Shown here: one piece after another, positions 9,447 to 20,400 of the stretch
Position numbering within the stretch: the first letter of the stretch is position 1
Layout of the letters: each line of letters begins with the position of its first letter
Assembly (NCBI GenBank): GCA_048937405.1
Contig: JBHLNF010000014.1
Coordinates: forward strand, 9,546 to 73,545
Direction: 5' to 3'
Origin: Promethearchaeota archaeon
GTDB lineage: Archaea > Asgardarchaeota > Lokiarchaeia > Sigyniarchaeales > SOKP01
DNA: 64,000 nt
Translations under genes and position numbers: made by a program
Notes under the pieces: model-generated
What the model saw: only the letters and a program-made list of their open reading frames with translations
Database searches by the model: none
What the model was told of the DNA's origin: nothing

Positions 9447-11378
9447 ATGGAATTCCAAGATCAAAAAATACAATATCCTTCTGAGGAAATAATAAAACCT
9501 GTGTTTGGTAAACCCAACTATGAATTTATAATACTTTGGATTTTAAATAATAATGAATTATGTACTTGGGGAAATCTAAAAAAAAAAATCAAGCATTCAA
9601 CATTATCGATCTACTTAAAAAGACTTAGAGAAAGGGGATACATTAAAAAAAGCGAGTTTAATAAGTATAGAATTACCTCAAAAGGTAAGGATAGGTATTA
9701 TGAATTATCTGAAGCAAGGGGAAAAAAAAAAAAATTAAATTACCCTCCTAAGTCTATCCTAAGAAGAAGAGAATATGATCATTGGATTCTTTGGATGGTG
9801 TATAATAATAATTCTTGCAAATGGTCTCACTTTCTTGACCCCCCTCTTTCTATTAATCAATCCTCCTTATCTAAAAACCTTAATTCATTGATAGATAAAG
9901 GATTTATAAAAAAAGAAGAAAAAGAATATAGAATTACACGATTAGGCAAATCTGAATATTCCAATATACTTAAACTATATGATTTAGACCGACAATCTCT
10001 CTTAGAGGACGAGAAGAAACGAATTAAGGAAATTACTAAAAGAACGATCAATTTCTTCGATAAATACAAGATAAAAAATAGAGAAATACACTTTCGATTT
10101 TTAAATAATAAGTTGAAGTTACCATATGAAAAGATTAAATCTACCTTGGAGAGTGAGGAAGAATATGATAAGGTTTTGCTTTATTTATCTATAAATCATC
10201 CTGATCAATTCCCTAATTATATTTCTCCAGAGGAATTTTCTGAAAAATTTAGTATTAATCTTGTTAAATTGAAATTCGTAATTCTTAGAATTGTAGAAGA
10301 AAATATCTTTCCAATAAAATTCTTTAAATTAGAATTGGAGAATGATGAATATTATTATCTACAAGTAAATGAAAAATTAGAAAGAATGCTTAATGCTATA
10401 GTAGAAGATCATATAACTAAATTTTCTTATTTAAACAGTCTATATGGAGAAATTCCGGGTAAAACATCACCATTAACCATGGAGAGTACGGTTTCCTCGA
10501 TTTTAGAGGAAATTTGCATTACTCTTTTTGATAGTGGTTTAAAAAAGTCATTAAGAAAGTTTCTCCCTGTCTATATCAAATATTTAGCTTATAAAATTGA
10601 AAAAGAAAGAAAATTATTAGATACAACTGACAAATTAGAAGGATTGATTTGGCAAGAAATTCAAATGAAATTAATGAACTATATTGAGGTTAAGTATCCA
10701 GTGGAATCGAAGGAAGTTATTAGAACCATTCAAGAAATAGATAAAGCAATTGAATTGAATCCAAAGAAATCTGATCTTTACTATTCAAAAAGTAAATTTT
10801 TAATAAATTTAGGAAAGTATAAAGAAAGCATTGAAATTTTAGATAAAATGCTTTTAAATTTTCCTCAGGAGGAGAAGAACATCCAAATAAAAAGAGCTTA
10901 TATTTTAAAAGAAATGAAAAACATTGAAGCTGGACTAAATATTATCGAAGATTTAATTCAAAATTATCCAGAAGACAACAATCTTCTTAATTATAAAGCT
11001 TTCTGGTTGCAATATCTCAACCGTGAAGAAGAAGCGTTAGAGATTATTAGCAAACTAATAAAACTTGAGCCGACTAATGCTACATATCATGATACATACG
11101 GTGAAATTCTTATGTTCTTCGGTAAGCATGAACAAGCTATAGAGGAATTCTTAAAAACTCTTGAAATTAGCAGTGATCATTGGTATGTCTACCAGACTTA
11201 TATTAAATTGGGGCTTTGTTATAAAGAAATAGAAGATTCCAAATTAGCTAATAAATATCTCCAGAAAGGAATAGAAGCTTTAGAATCTTCAACAGAGGAT
11301 CAAGATACAAAGAGTAAATGGAATACAATTGCTAATCTCTTTCTCGAAGAAATCAAATTATTGGAAGAAGAATTCTAA
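9447..11378 (+). CDS. Tandem winged-helix plus TPR protein, putative regulator
   Basis: Two similar wHTH units (STLSIYLKRLRERGYI...YRITSKG; SSLSKNLNSLIDKGFI...YRITRLG) and C-terminal TPRs (AIELNP, DTYGEIL). Confidence 0.8.
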   Translation: MEFQDQKIQYPSEEIIKPVFGKPNYEFIILWILNNNELCTWGNLKKKIKHSTLSIYLKRLRERGYIKKSEFNKYRITSKGKDRYYELSEARGKKKKLNYPPKSILRRREYDHWILWMVYNNNSCKWSHFLDPPLSINQSSLSKNLNSLIDKGFIKKEEKEYRITRLGKSEYSNILKLYDLDRQSLLEDEKKRIKEITKRTINFFDKYKIKNREIHFRFLNNKLKLPYEKIKSTLESEEEYDKVLLYLSINHPDQFPNYISPEEFSEKFSINLVKLKFVILRIVEENIFPIKFFKLELENDEYYYLQVNEKLERMLNAIVEDHITKFSYLNSLYGEIPGKTSPLTMESTVSSILEEICITLFDSGLKKSLRKFLPVYIKYLAYKIEKERKLLDTTDKLEGLIWQEIQMKLMNYIEVKYPVESKEVIRTIQEIDKAIELNPKKSDLYYSKSKFLINLGKYKESIEILDKMLLNFPQEEKNIQIKRAYILKEMKNIEAGLNIIEDLIQNYPEDNNLLNYKAFWLQYLNREEEALEIISKLIKLEPTNATYHDTYGEILMFFGKHEQAIEEFLKTLEISSDHWYVYQTYIKLGLCYKEIEDSKLANKYLQKGIEALESSTEDQDTKSKWNTIANLFLEEIKLLEEEF

Positions 11379-11593
11379 ATAACCTAAAAAAATTTAATAG
11401 ATAATATCTATTTCTCTAACATTTTAAGTTAGTATGGATTTTATAGGTGTTGAAAAATATTATTCCTTCTTTATTATATGCTATATCTCATTTACTCTCC
11501 AATAATCCAAGTTATATTAAAAAAATTGATTTTTTTTAATAAAAAATGCTTTTATTTAATTAAAAGCATATCTATAATAAGGAACTTTCATTA

Positions 11594-13084
11594 TTGCACT
11601 TTATAATGAAATCTGTCTTAATTGCAAATCGTGGAGAGATTGCAGTAAGAGTTATTCGGACCTGCCGATCAAAAGATATTCAATCAATAGCAGTATTTTC
11701 CGAGTCAGATAAAGATTCTCTTCATGTAAAAATGGCTGATGAGGCTTATTCATTAGGGAATGAATCGATTCAGAGCACATATTTGAATATTCCTAAATTA
11801 ATTGAAATAATTGAAAGGTCAAAAGTAGATGCTGTCCATCCTGGTTATGGTTTTTTAAGTGAAAATGCCGATTTTGCTCGAGAAGTCATTAATCTTGGTA
11901 GAGATTTTATTGGACCAAATCCAGATACCATTGAATTCTTAGGAAATAAAATAAAAGCAAAAAAACGTGCTAAAAAAATTGGTTTACCCGTTTTGGAAGG
12001 TTCTGAAGAATTTGTTGACAATTTAGACGAAGCCAAATCAGTTGCAGATGAAATAGGATATCCTGTAATAATTAAGGCAGCCTATGGTGGTGGTGGTAGA
12101 GGTATGGAAATTGTTGAATCACATGAAGATATGGAGATTGCATTTGAAAGCTGCCAATCAATGGGATTAAATTTTTTTGGACGGAAAGAAGTATTTATTG
12201 AAAAAACTATTACAGAACCGCGCCACGTAGAGATTCAATTTATGGGAGATAATTTTGGAAATGTTGTTCATTTAGGAGATCGGGAGTGCACAATCCAAAG
12301 ATCATATCAAAAACTAATTGAGGAAGCACCCTCATTTTTAACGAGAGATGAGGTTATTGAATTAGGAGAAAAAACATGTTTATTAGCTTCTGACTTAAAT
12401 TATTCAAATATAGGAACCGCAGAATTTCTCTGGAAAGATGGTAATATTTATTTTAATGAAGTTAATCCAAGGATCCAAGTAGAGCATGTAGTTACAGAAA
12501 TGGTAACTGGAATAGATATTATTGAAGAACAGATAAATATTGCTTCAAATAAACCATTAAATTTCACTCAGGAAGATATTTCAATATATGGTCATGCAAT
12601 AGAATATAGGATTAATGCTGAAGATCCACATAATTCATTTTTCCCTCAACATGGAAAAATATCCAATTTGATAATTCCAGGAGGTCCAAAAGTGCGTTTT
12701 GATAGCTACTTATATCCAAATTATATTGTTCCTTATGATTTTGATCCATTAATAGGAAAATTAGTCGTTTGGGGACGTAATCGTAAAAGAGCTATTAGTA
12801 GTTCTAAGCATGCTCTAAAAGAATTGGTTATCTCAGGAATTAAAACAAACTTGGAAATGCATAAAGTAATAGTGGAAACAAGTGAGTTTAAAAAAGGGGA
12901 TTTATCAACGGATTTCCTAAATAAAATAAATATTGTTTATAACTTGAAAGACTTAGAGAGAAAGAAATTAGCCGCCGTTTTTCAATTATTCAACACGTTT
13001 GATTTTGCACCCCAACCTGAAAAGGATAATGATAAAAACTCACATAAATGGCGAGATATTGCTAAAATTGAGCAAATGGGTTAA
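11594..13084 (+). CDS. accC: Biotin carboxylase subunit of an acyl-CoA carboxylase (likely start ATG 11606)
   Basis: VLIANRGEIA, HPGYGFLSEN, GGGGRG, RECTIQR, EVNPRIQVEH, RINAEDP. Confidence 0.95.
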   Translation: MHFIMKSVLIANRGEIAVRVIRTCRSKDIQSIAVFSESDKDSLHVKMADEAYSLGNESIQSTYLNIPKLIEIIERSKVDAVHPGYGFLSENADFAREVINLGRDFIGPNPDTIEFLGNKIKAKKRAKKIGLPVLEGSEEFVDNLDEAKSVADEIGYPVIIKAAYGGGGRGMEIVESHEDMEIAFESCQSMGLNFFGRKEVFIEKTITEPRHVEIQFMGDNFGNVVHLGDRECTIQRSYQKLIEEAPSFLTRDEVIELGEKTCLLASDLNYSNIGTAEFLWKDGNIYFNEVNPRIQVEHVVTEMVTGIDIIEEQINIASNKPLNFTQEDISIYGHAIEYRINAEDPHNSFFPQHGKISNLIIPGGPKVRFDSYLYPNYIVPYDFDPLIGKLVVWGRNRKRAISSSKHALKELVISGIKTNLEMHKVIVETSEFKKGDLSTDFLNKINIVYNLKDLERKKLAAVFQLFNTFDFAPQPEKDNDKNSHKWRDIAKIEQMG

Positions 13085-13124
13085 ACATATCCAATAAATT
13101 TATTAAATAATAAGTTGATGTTTC

Positions 13125-13640
13125 TTATAAAACAGAAGTACTTTCTGTTATTTTTACTGAAGGTATATTCTCAATTTTAACTAGCTGTTGATCTTGACCT
13201 ACTATATCCTCAACTTCTACGAAGATTTGGGTTATCTTGCCGTTAATTGGAGATAATATCCGATTTTTCATTTTCATTGCCTCTAAGATCATAATTAATT
13301 GATCTTTTTCAACAATTTCCTGTTCTTTAATAAGAATTTGCAGAATCTTCCCGGGAATAGGTGCTTTTATAATCACATCTTTAGTCTCCTGATTTTGATT
13401 GTTATTTTCTACTGGCTTTAAGTAGGGTTTAATTTCAATATCGATTTCTTCTCCTTCTAAATATAAAGTTCCATTTATATATTCCAAATTGAATTGACAA
13501 TCTGCAAATGACACTCGAAACAAATTTTCAGTTTCCTGAACTACTACAGGTGTATAAATGTGATCATCAACTTTTATTTTCCCATCATCCAAGGGTTTAA
13601 CAATGTAAGTTCTACCCCGGAATTTTACTTTTTTTTTCAT
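13125..13640 (-). CDS. accB: Biotin carboxyl carrier protein
   Basis: APIPG...LEAMKM biotinylation motif in a C-terminal biotinyl domain. Confidence 0.93.
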   Translation of the reverse strand: MKKKVKFRGRTYIVKPLDDGKIKVDDHIYTPVVVQETENLFRVSFADCQFNLEYINGTLYLEGEEIDIEIKPYLKPVENNNQNQETKDVIIKAPIPGKILQILIKEQEIVEKDQLIMILEAMKMKNRILSPINGKITQIFVEVEDIVGQDQQLVKIENIPSVKITESTSVL

Positions 13641-13670
13641 ATAAAATCTCTCATTCTAAGTCATTTTTAA

Positions 13671-14456
13671 TTATAATAGATGAGTACTAAAAAATTCAAG
13701 AAGCTTTTCACGCATCAATTGAAAATGATTTTTATTTGTAAAATTATGATTAGCACCATCAATAATGTCAATACTCTTGATATTAGAATTAATTTTATTG
13801 AAAAGCTGATGAAATCCAAATTCTGGGAATAAAACATCCTTATTCCCCGCTATTAAGTAGAATGGTTTTACTAATTTATCCGCTAATCTGTCTGGATTAT
13901 ATTGTCTTGTTTGTCCTGCATACATATTCTTAATATCTCCTTCTGGAAATCGCATTTCCTTATTACGTGTTAAAGCTTTTATAAAAAATTTAAATAATGG
14001 ATTTTTAGGGACAATTTCAGTATCGAAAACAGGAGATCTTATAGCAAGACATTGGACTCTTCTATCTCTTACAGCATGACAAAAAGCCATTGCACCCCCA
14101 AAACTCTCTCCCAATAATCCAATTTTGAGAGGATTAATTTTAGGATGGTAAATTAAGAGGTCTATTACTCGTTCAATATTAGCGTGAGCATCATGATATG
14201 TAAAAATACCCGTACTATTTCTAACACCTTGATGATCATAAGAAAAAAAAGCAATATTTCTATCAATGAAATGATGTGCAAATCTTATTTCGTTTTCTTC
14301 TGGAGACTTTCCTGGCATACCACTGATATTTATTATTATTGGATAAGATTGATTTTCATCCGATTTAGGATTACTACCATCAGGTAAATAAAGAATACCA
14401 TGTAGAATTTCGGAACGGATTTCTATTTCTTTTATTTCTTTTATCATTCTTATCAC
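13671..14456 (-). CDS. Alpha/beta hydrolase, probable chain-releasing thioesterase
   Basis: GESFGG nucleophile elbow, GNKD acid, GANH His; the GTG start overlaps the megasynthase stop (GTGA), alternative ATG at 14447. The thioesterase role is inferred from context. Confidence 0.8.
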   Translation of the reverse strand: MIRMIKEIKEIEIRSEILHGILYLPDGSNPKSDENQSYPIIINISGMPGKSPEENEIRFAHHFIDRNIAFFSYDHQGVRNSTGIFTYHDAHANIERVIDLLIYHPKINPLKIGLLGESFGGAMAFCHAVRDRRVQCLAIRSPVFDTEIVPKNPLFKFFIKALTRNKEMRFPEGDIKNMYAGQTRQYNPDRLADKLVKPFYLIAGNKDVLFPEFGFHQLFNKINSNIKSIDIIDGANHNFTNKNHFQLMREKLLEFFSTHLL

Positions 14457-17400
14457 GTGATTATATTATTTTCTTTAAAATTTTTAATCTCACAATAAGA
14501 TAATACATATTTCTCATTGAATTCAACACTTAATTGTAGATCTTCAAGTATTTCATTGAATTTGGATAAGCTTTTTGTGAGTTTCACTTTAAAATTCTGA
14601 TGAATTTTATTATATTTTAATTCAATGTCTCTGAAATTTATATGAGTACCTTCACCAATTGCTTTTGAGAATGCTTCTTTTGCAGTCCAATATATCGTTC
14701 CTAATTGATCATCTTCTGAAATATCTTCTCTTTCCGATTCAGTAAATGCTTCCATATAGAAAGATTGAGATCGAGATTCAATTTTCTCTAAATCAATTCC
14801 AACTAAATTTTTACTAATAATTGCAATAGAAAATTCATTTGAATGAGTAATGGAAAGAAAAAGTGGAATTATTTGGTTATTCTTTAATGAATAGTAATAT
14901 GGTCTCCCTTTTTCATCTTTCTGTATTTCAATGTCCAGATAGGAAATATCAATTGGTGAATTTTTAAAATAAGATTCTTTTGCTGCTATGATTCCAGAAA
15001 AATATTCAATCTTTCTTTTTTGATTCCTAAATCGCACAGAATTGTCAAACTCTCTTTCAGTAAGGTATTTGTCTAAAAATTGAGGATAATTTTGAAATGA
15101 TTTTTTTATCATTTCGATAGGAATTATTTTTACCTCATGTTTTTGAGTTTTTTCTTTAAGTTTACAATATTCTAACAGTGTAGATAAATAATTGGAAAGA
15201 TTGTTGGAGAGATTAACTGAAATCTGTGTATGAATAATTTCTAAATTTTCTATTATTAAAATAACTTCTTGGTTTTCACTCAAAATTACTGAATTAAAAT
15301 AGGAACGTTCTTCATCAATTTTCAGAAATTCTGTTACAATATATTTTGGTTTTTGGTTTGATATTATTTTCATGGAAGAAATTTTAGAAGGAAGGGAGAG
15401 ATGATTATTAATGATAAAATCAAACAGTGCAGCTGTTTGGAATACACTCTCAATTGCTAATGGATTAAGCTGAAACATATCTCCCTCAATGTTATTAGTA
15501 AGAGGTTCTTTTGGTAGATCAATCTTTGAGATAATTTGCTCTTTTTCTAATTGAATTATTTCTTTTAGTACTTGGAATTTCTTACCGTGAAAAAATAGTT
15601 CATAAATCTGAGTTTTATCAAGCAGAGGTATTATTGGTTCTAAAATCAGTTCTTTTTTCCAATTCATCTCAATTAATGATTTATCGAATAGAGCACTGAA
15701 ATGTTCTTTTATAAGAGGTTTTCCTTTCAAAATAGGAGGAAAAGTCTTCGATAAAAATTTTATTTCGTTATCAGATTTATTAAAGATTACTTCTACACTA
15801 ATTGATTTATCTATTGGAATCTTCAAGGGCGTATGAAAACTAATATTTGAAATTGAATTCATAGGTTTATCAAAGATTCGATTATAGAATTCTGCAAATG
15901 TTTCTAAAACCATTACACCTGGAAAAACGGGTTTTTGCTGAATTTGATGGTCAAGAAGATAAGTATCGAATTTAGAATTTATGGTATTCAAACCAATAAT
16001 GTGGTCAGCCTGATAATTTATTTTTTCTATCATAGGATATTCTAATTTATTGACTACTTCCCCGACATCAAGCATTTCCTCAAAGAATCCTAAGTTTCCA
16101 GCAATGATATATTCACCTGTAAAATTGTTTAATACTAATTTAGAAAAAATCTTAGTACCCGTTTTAGAGGGAATAGGAGTAACCCCCGCTTGAGTAAGGA
16201 CTTGAAGTGTAGAACCTCTAGTAGCCATTCCAATTTCGCCCCATGCTGTCCAATCAAAAGTTAAAAATTGAATGTTTTGTTGGTTGAATTTCCAAGCCAA
16301 TCTTGACAGATAAGCATTCGCAAATGCATAATCTATCTGACCTTGATTACCATAACGTCCAGCAACTGAAGCAAAAGCAATAAAATATTTTACATCTTGT
16401 AGTTTTATATACTTAATTATGTTTGAAAATCCTCCGACTTTAACACTAACAATTTTGTGAGCCATATTTAAATTTTTCTTCAAGAAGCTTTTTGATTCTT
16501 CAATACCAGCACCATGAACTATAATTGTTATTGGTTTTTTTGTTTGTTTTTTAATTTTTTGAAAGATAATCTTCATTTCTTCTTCATTTGTTATATCAAC
16601 CGCATAATATTGAACTGAAAGCCCTTTATTTTTTAAATTTTCGACATTTCGAAGTGTATCCAACTTATCGAGAAATTTCTTCCATTCTTTATTGATTATG
16701 ACAGGAGTTACTTTATCTTGTTTAGATTTCAATGATTTAACGAATTCTTGTTTTTTCTCATCTAACATATCCGATGAATAGTTAAGATATTCATAAAATG
16801 AATCATCAAAAGGAGCTAAACCTAAAAGTATTAATTCTGGCTTAATATGATTTGTTAATTCATCAATACACGCAAATGTGATTCCTTGCGCTCCTCCTGT
16901 AACCAATAATACATCATCTTTGGTTATTGTTACTTGGTTTAGTTCGGGAAGATCTTCTATCTTCTTTCTCAGCAAAGTATAACGAGCATTATCTTTATAT
17001 GCAATTTCCTCAAGTTTATCCCATCCCAAGAATTCTTGTGTAATTTGTTTAATATTCATTGAAGCTATAATCTTAATAGGAATCTGAAACTCTCGATTAA
17101 TAGTTTTTATAAACGCACCGATACTAGATGAGAGAGGATTAGCACCTTGTTCCCAACCAAACATATTCTCAGGAGAAAGGACCAAAATTTTCTCAATAAT
17201 TGATATATTTAAAGATTTAAAAATAAGAAATAGAATGTCAAAGATGTCTAAACTATCATCAATAGAATACTGGCCATTATCTGGGGATATTAATATAATT
17301 ATCTTGAAATCCTTATTAGATATGACATCAGGAACTTTATTTCTAAACTCCTCAACGCTTTTTTTATCTCCATTAGCATTGTAAATATGGATGTCCATCC

Positions 17401-20400
17401 CAAAATTTTTGAAATCTTCAATTAGATTTTTATGATTGGATAGTCCTGAATTAATATTAATTACTAATGTTTTAATATTATCAAATTTCGGCGTTTTCTC
17501 CGAAGAAACTAATTTAAAAACTCGAGTTGGGACTACTTGTGAAATACCAATTGAATCAACTTCTTCTGACTTCTCTTTAGATTTAGAGATACCACTTGAG
17601 GTTGTTAAGGATATTTCAGGCACTTTTAATTCTTCACCTATAAATCTCATTATAAATTCAATAATTGCATTAGGTGTGCGTATATCAGCCAAATTAACCT
17701 CAATGTTATCCTCTAGATTGTAATGATTCCTTAATTCTCCAAATATTTCCGCTTGTTTTACAGTATCAATCCCAAGATCTTCTTCTAAATCATATTCATC
17801 ATCAATATCTTGAATATCATAACCTGTTTTGTCCGCAATAATCCTCTTTACTAAATTTTTGACCTGATTTATCTCATCATTTATATTTTGTTGTGATTGT
17901 ATCATATCTGGTATTACACTTACATCTGGTTCTATGTTTTGATCAATTACATACTCTTGTATTTTTTGAATTATATTATTGATAGTTCCTAATCCTACTA
18001 AATTTATTTCTGTGTCCTGCGAGATATTCAATTGATTTCGTAATTCTCCAAAAATTTCAGCTTGCTTAACTGTATCAATACCTAAATCTTCTTCTAGATC
18101 AAAATCAACATCAATATCTTCAATATCATATCCAGTTTTTTCAGAAATGATTTGAATTAATTTAGTTTCAAGAGTTTTACTCTCAATACGGGTAATTTCT
18201 TTGCTGGATGATATATCTAATCCCAAATATTCGTTTAGCATCAAAACAATAGAATTGATGGTACGATAATCTGCTATATTAAATGTATCATCAACTTCAA
18301 TTCCCCATTTTTCTCTAATTTCCCCAAATATTTCTGCTTGTTTTACAGTATCAATTCCTAGATCTTCTTCTAAATCATAAGTTTCTTCAATGTCTGACGG
18401 ATCATAACCTGTTTTTTGTGCGATAATATGCTTAATTTCATCTAAGATATTACTTGAGTAAATCGAGGTTGCCTTTTGGGAAAATTCTGTTGCTTTTGGT
18501 GATATTAAAGTTGTTTTTCTAGTAGAGATAGGTTCTACATTCATTTTTAATATTCGACCATCCATGAATGTCAGTTTCCTACTTCCCCCTACACTTTGAA
18601 GCCATTTATCATAATTTGGATTTATAAACCGATTTTCAAATGAGAATAAGCGAAATAATACAAATGCTAATTGAGAACCAAATCCAGCAGCAAAACGTAA
18701 TGCATATTTCTTTCTTTCTCTTAACCCTTTTGAAAAATTAAATTTTATAAAATCGGGATCAATTTTTTCAATATTTGCAATTGGAGGAATTTTTCCTTTT
18801 TCCATTGATTTAATAGCCACTGCTTCCTCGATACCAGCTCCCATTGCATGACCAGTATATCCTTTAGTGTTAATTATAAGCATATCATAAGCATTTTCAC
18901 CAAATGCTTTTTCCAATGCTAATAATTCCGATTCAGCACTTCCACCTCGAGCAGGGGAATAAGTCTCATGACTTACAAACATACCTTCTTTTGCTAAAAC
19001 ACTTCTGTTAATGCCGTGAATCTTTTCCATTTTTATTATAAAATTGTTGAATTTTTGAGAAATATCATCTTTATCTAATCGACTACCATGATATGCACTA
19101 TTACTAAAGAAAGATCCAAGAATTTCTACAATTGGTTTAACTCCCCGATTTTCAGCTTCAGATTGTTGTTCAAGAACAAATGCACTAGCCCCAGCACCTA
19201 AAATAATCCCATTTCTTCCTTTCCCGAATGGGAGTACTGCATCTTCCCAGTTAGATTGCGTTGTACCGGCACCATTTGCTATAAAACCTGCTCCAATCCA
19301 TTGAAATAGATTTTTACTTGTTACATCATCAGCTGTAATTACAATAACTCGTTTACATCTATTATTTCGTATCCAATCTTCTGCTATACTAATCGCTTGG
19401 GGTGCAGTAGCGCAAGCAGCATTAGTAGCCGTATTGGGACCTTTTGCTTTAATTAATTGAGCAAATTGGGAATGACCCATTGATAATACTCTAAATAAAA
19501 ATGAACGATTAAATGTGTTATCCCCATCTTCAGGATTATTTAATTGATTCTGATCTTTATTAGAATGTAATAAGCATTCCTCAGCAAAATTATCATATCC
19601 TGGAAAAGCCGAAGCAAAAATAACTCCAGTATCATCCTGTAAAGACTCTGGTAAAGTCCAATCACCAAATAATGTCTTTCCTGTAGTTGTTTTAATAGTA
19701 CTACGGATTAATGGAATTCCAGCATCTTTAAGTGCTTCATAGCCAGCACATATTGCTAATTGAAATGTAATATCCAATGCATTAAGCATCTTAGGATCGA
19801 GTTGATAATCTTCTGTAGGATTAAATTTTCCTAATTCTCCTGCTAAATGGATTACTTTAGAAATATCATCTATAGGTACAAATTTTGCATTACCATCAGC
19901 TGATTTTTCTAAACGGATTATATTCTTTTTTAATAAATCTAATTTATATTCTTCGCTTACCATTTCTATGAAATTTTTTCCATCTAAAATATCATCGATG
20001 TTCTTATCATCAAAAACATTACGATTTTTACCAGGAAGTCCAATACCTACTCCAGTGATTACTACTGGAGAAGACTTTTGCATTAATTCATATTTGCCAA
20101 ACTGGTTTTCAAGAGAAGATTGATATTTTTTTAAATAATTATGAAATCCCTGAATTATTACTGAAGATAATAGTTCCTTTTGTTCCTCTAAAAACTCATT
20201 AAAAAATGGAAGTTGCTTTATCTGAAGTAATTCTTCATTCGAAATTAAATTATCATCCATTGTTGATGAAGTTGTGACCTTTTTCACAATATCTTGTTTC
20301 TGATTTCTTACTGATGGAGATGAAATTTTAATTTCCTTAGCACTCTTCATTGTTCTTGGCGACTTATACTTCTTAAAAATTTTTAGAAGATGTTCTTCTT

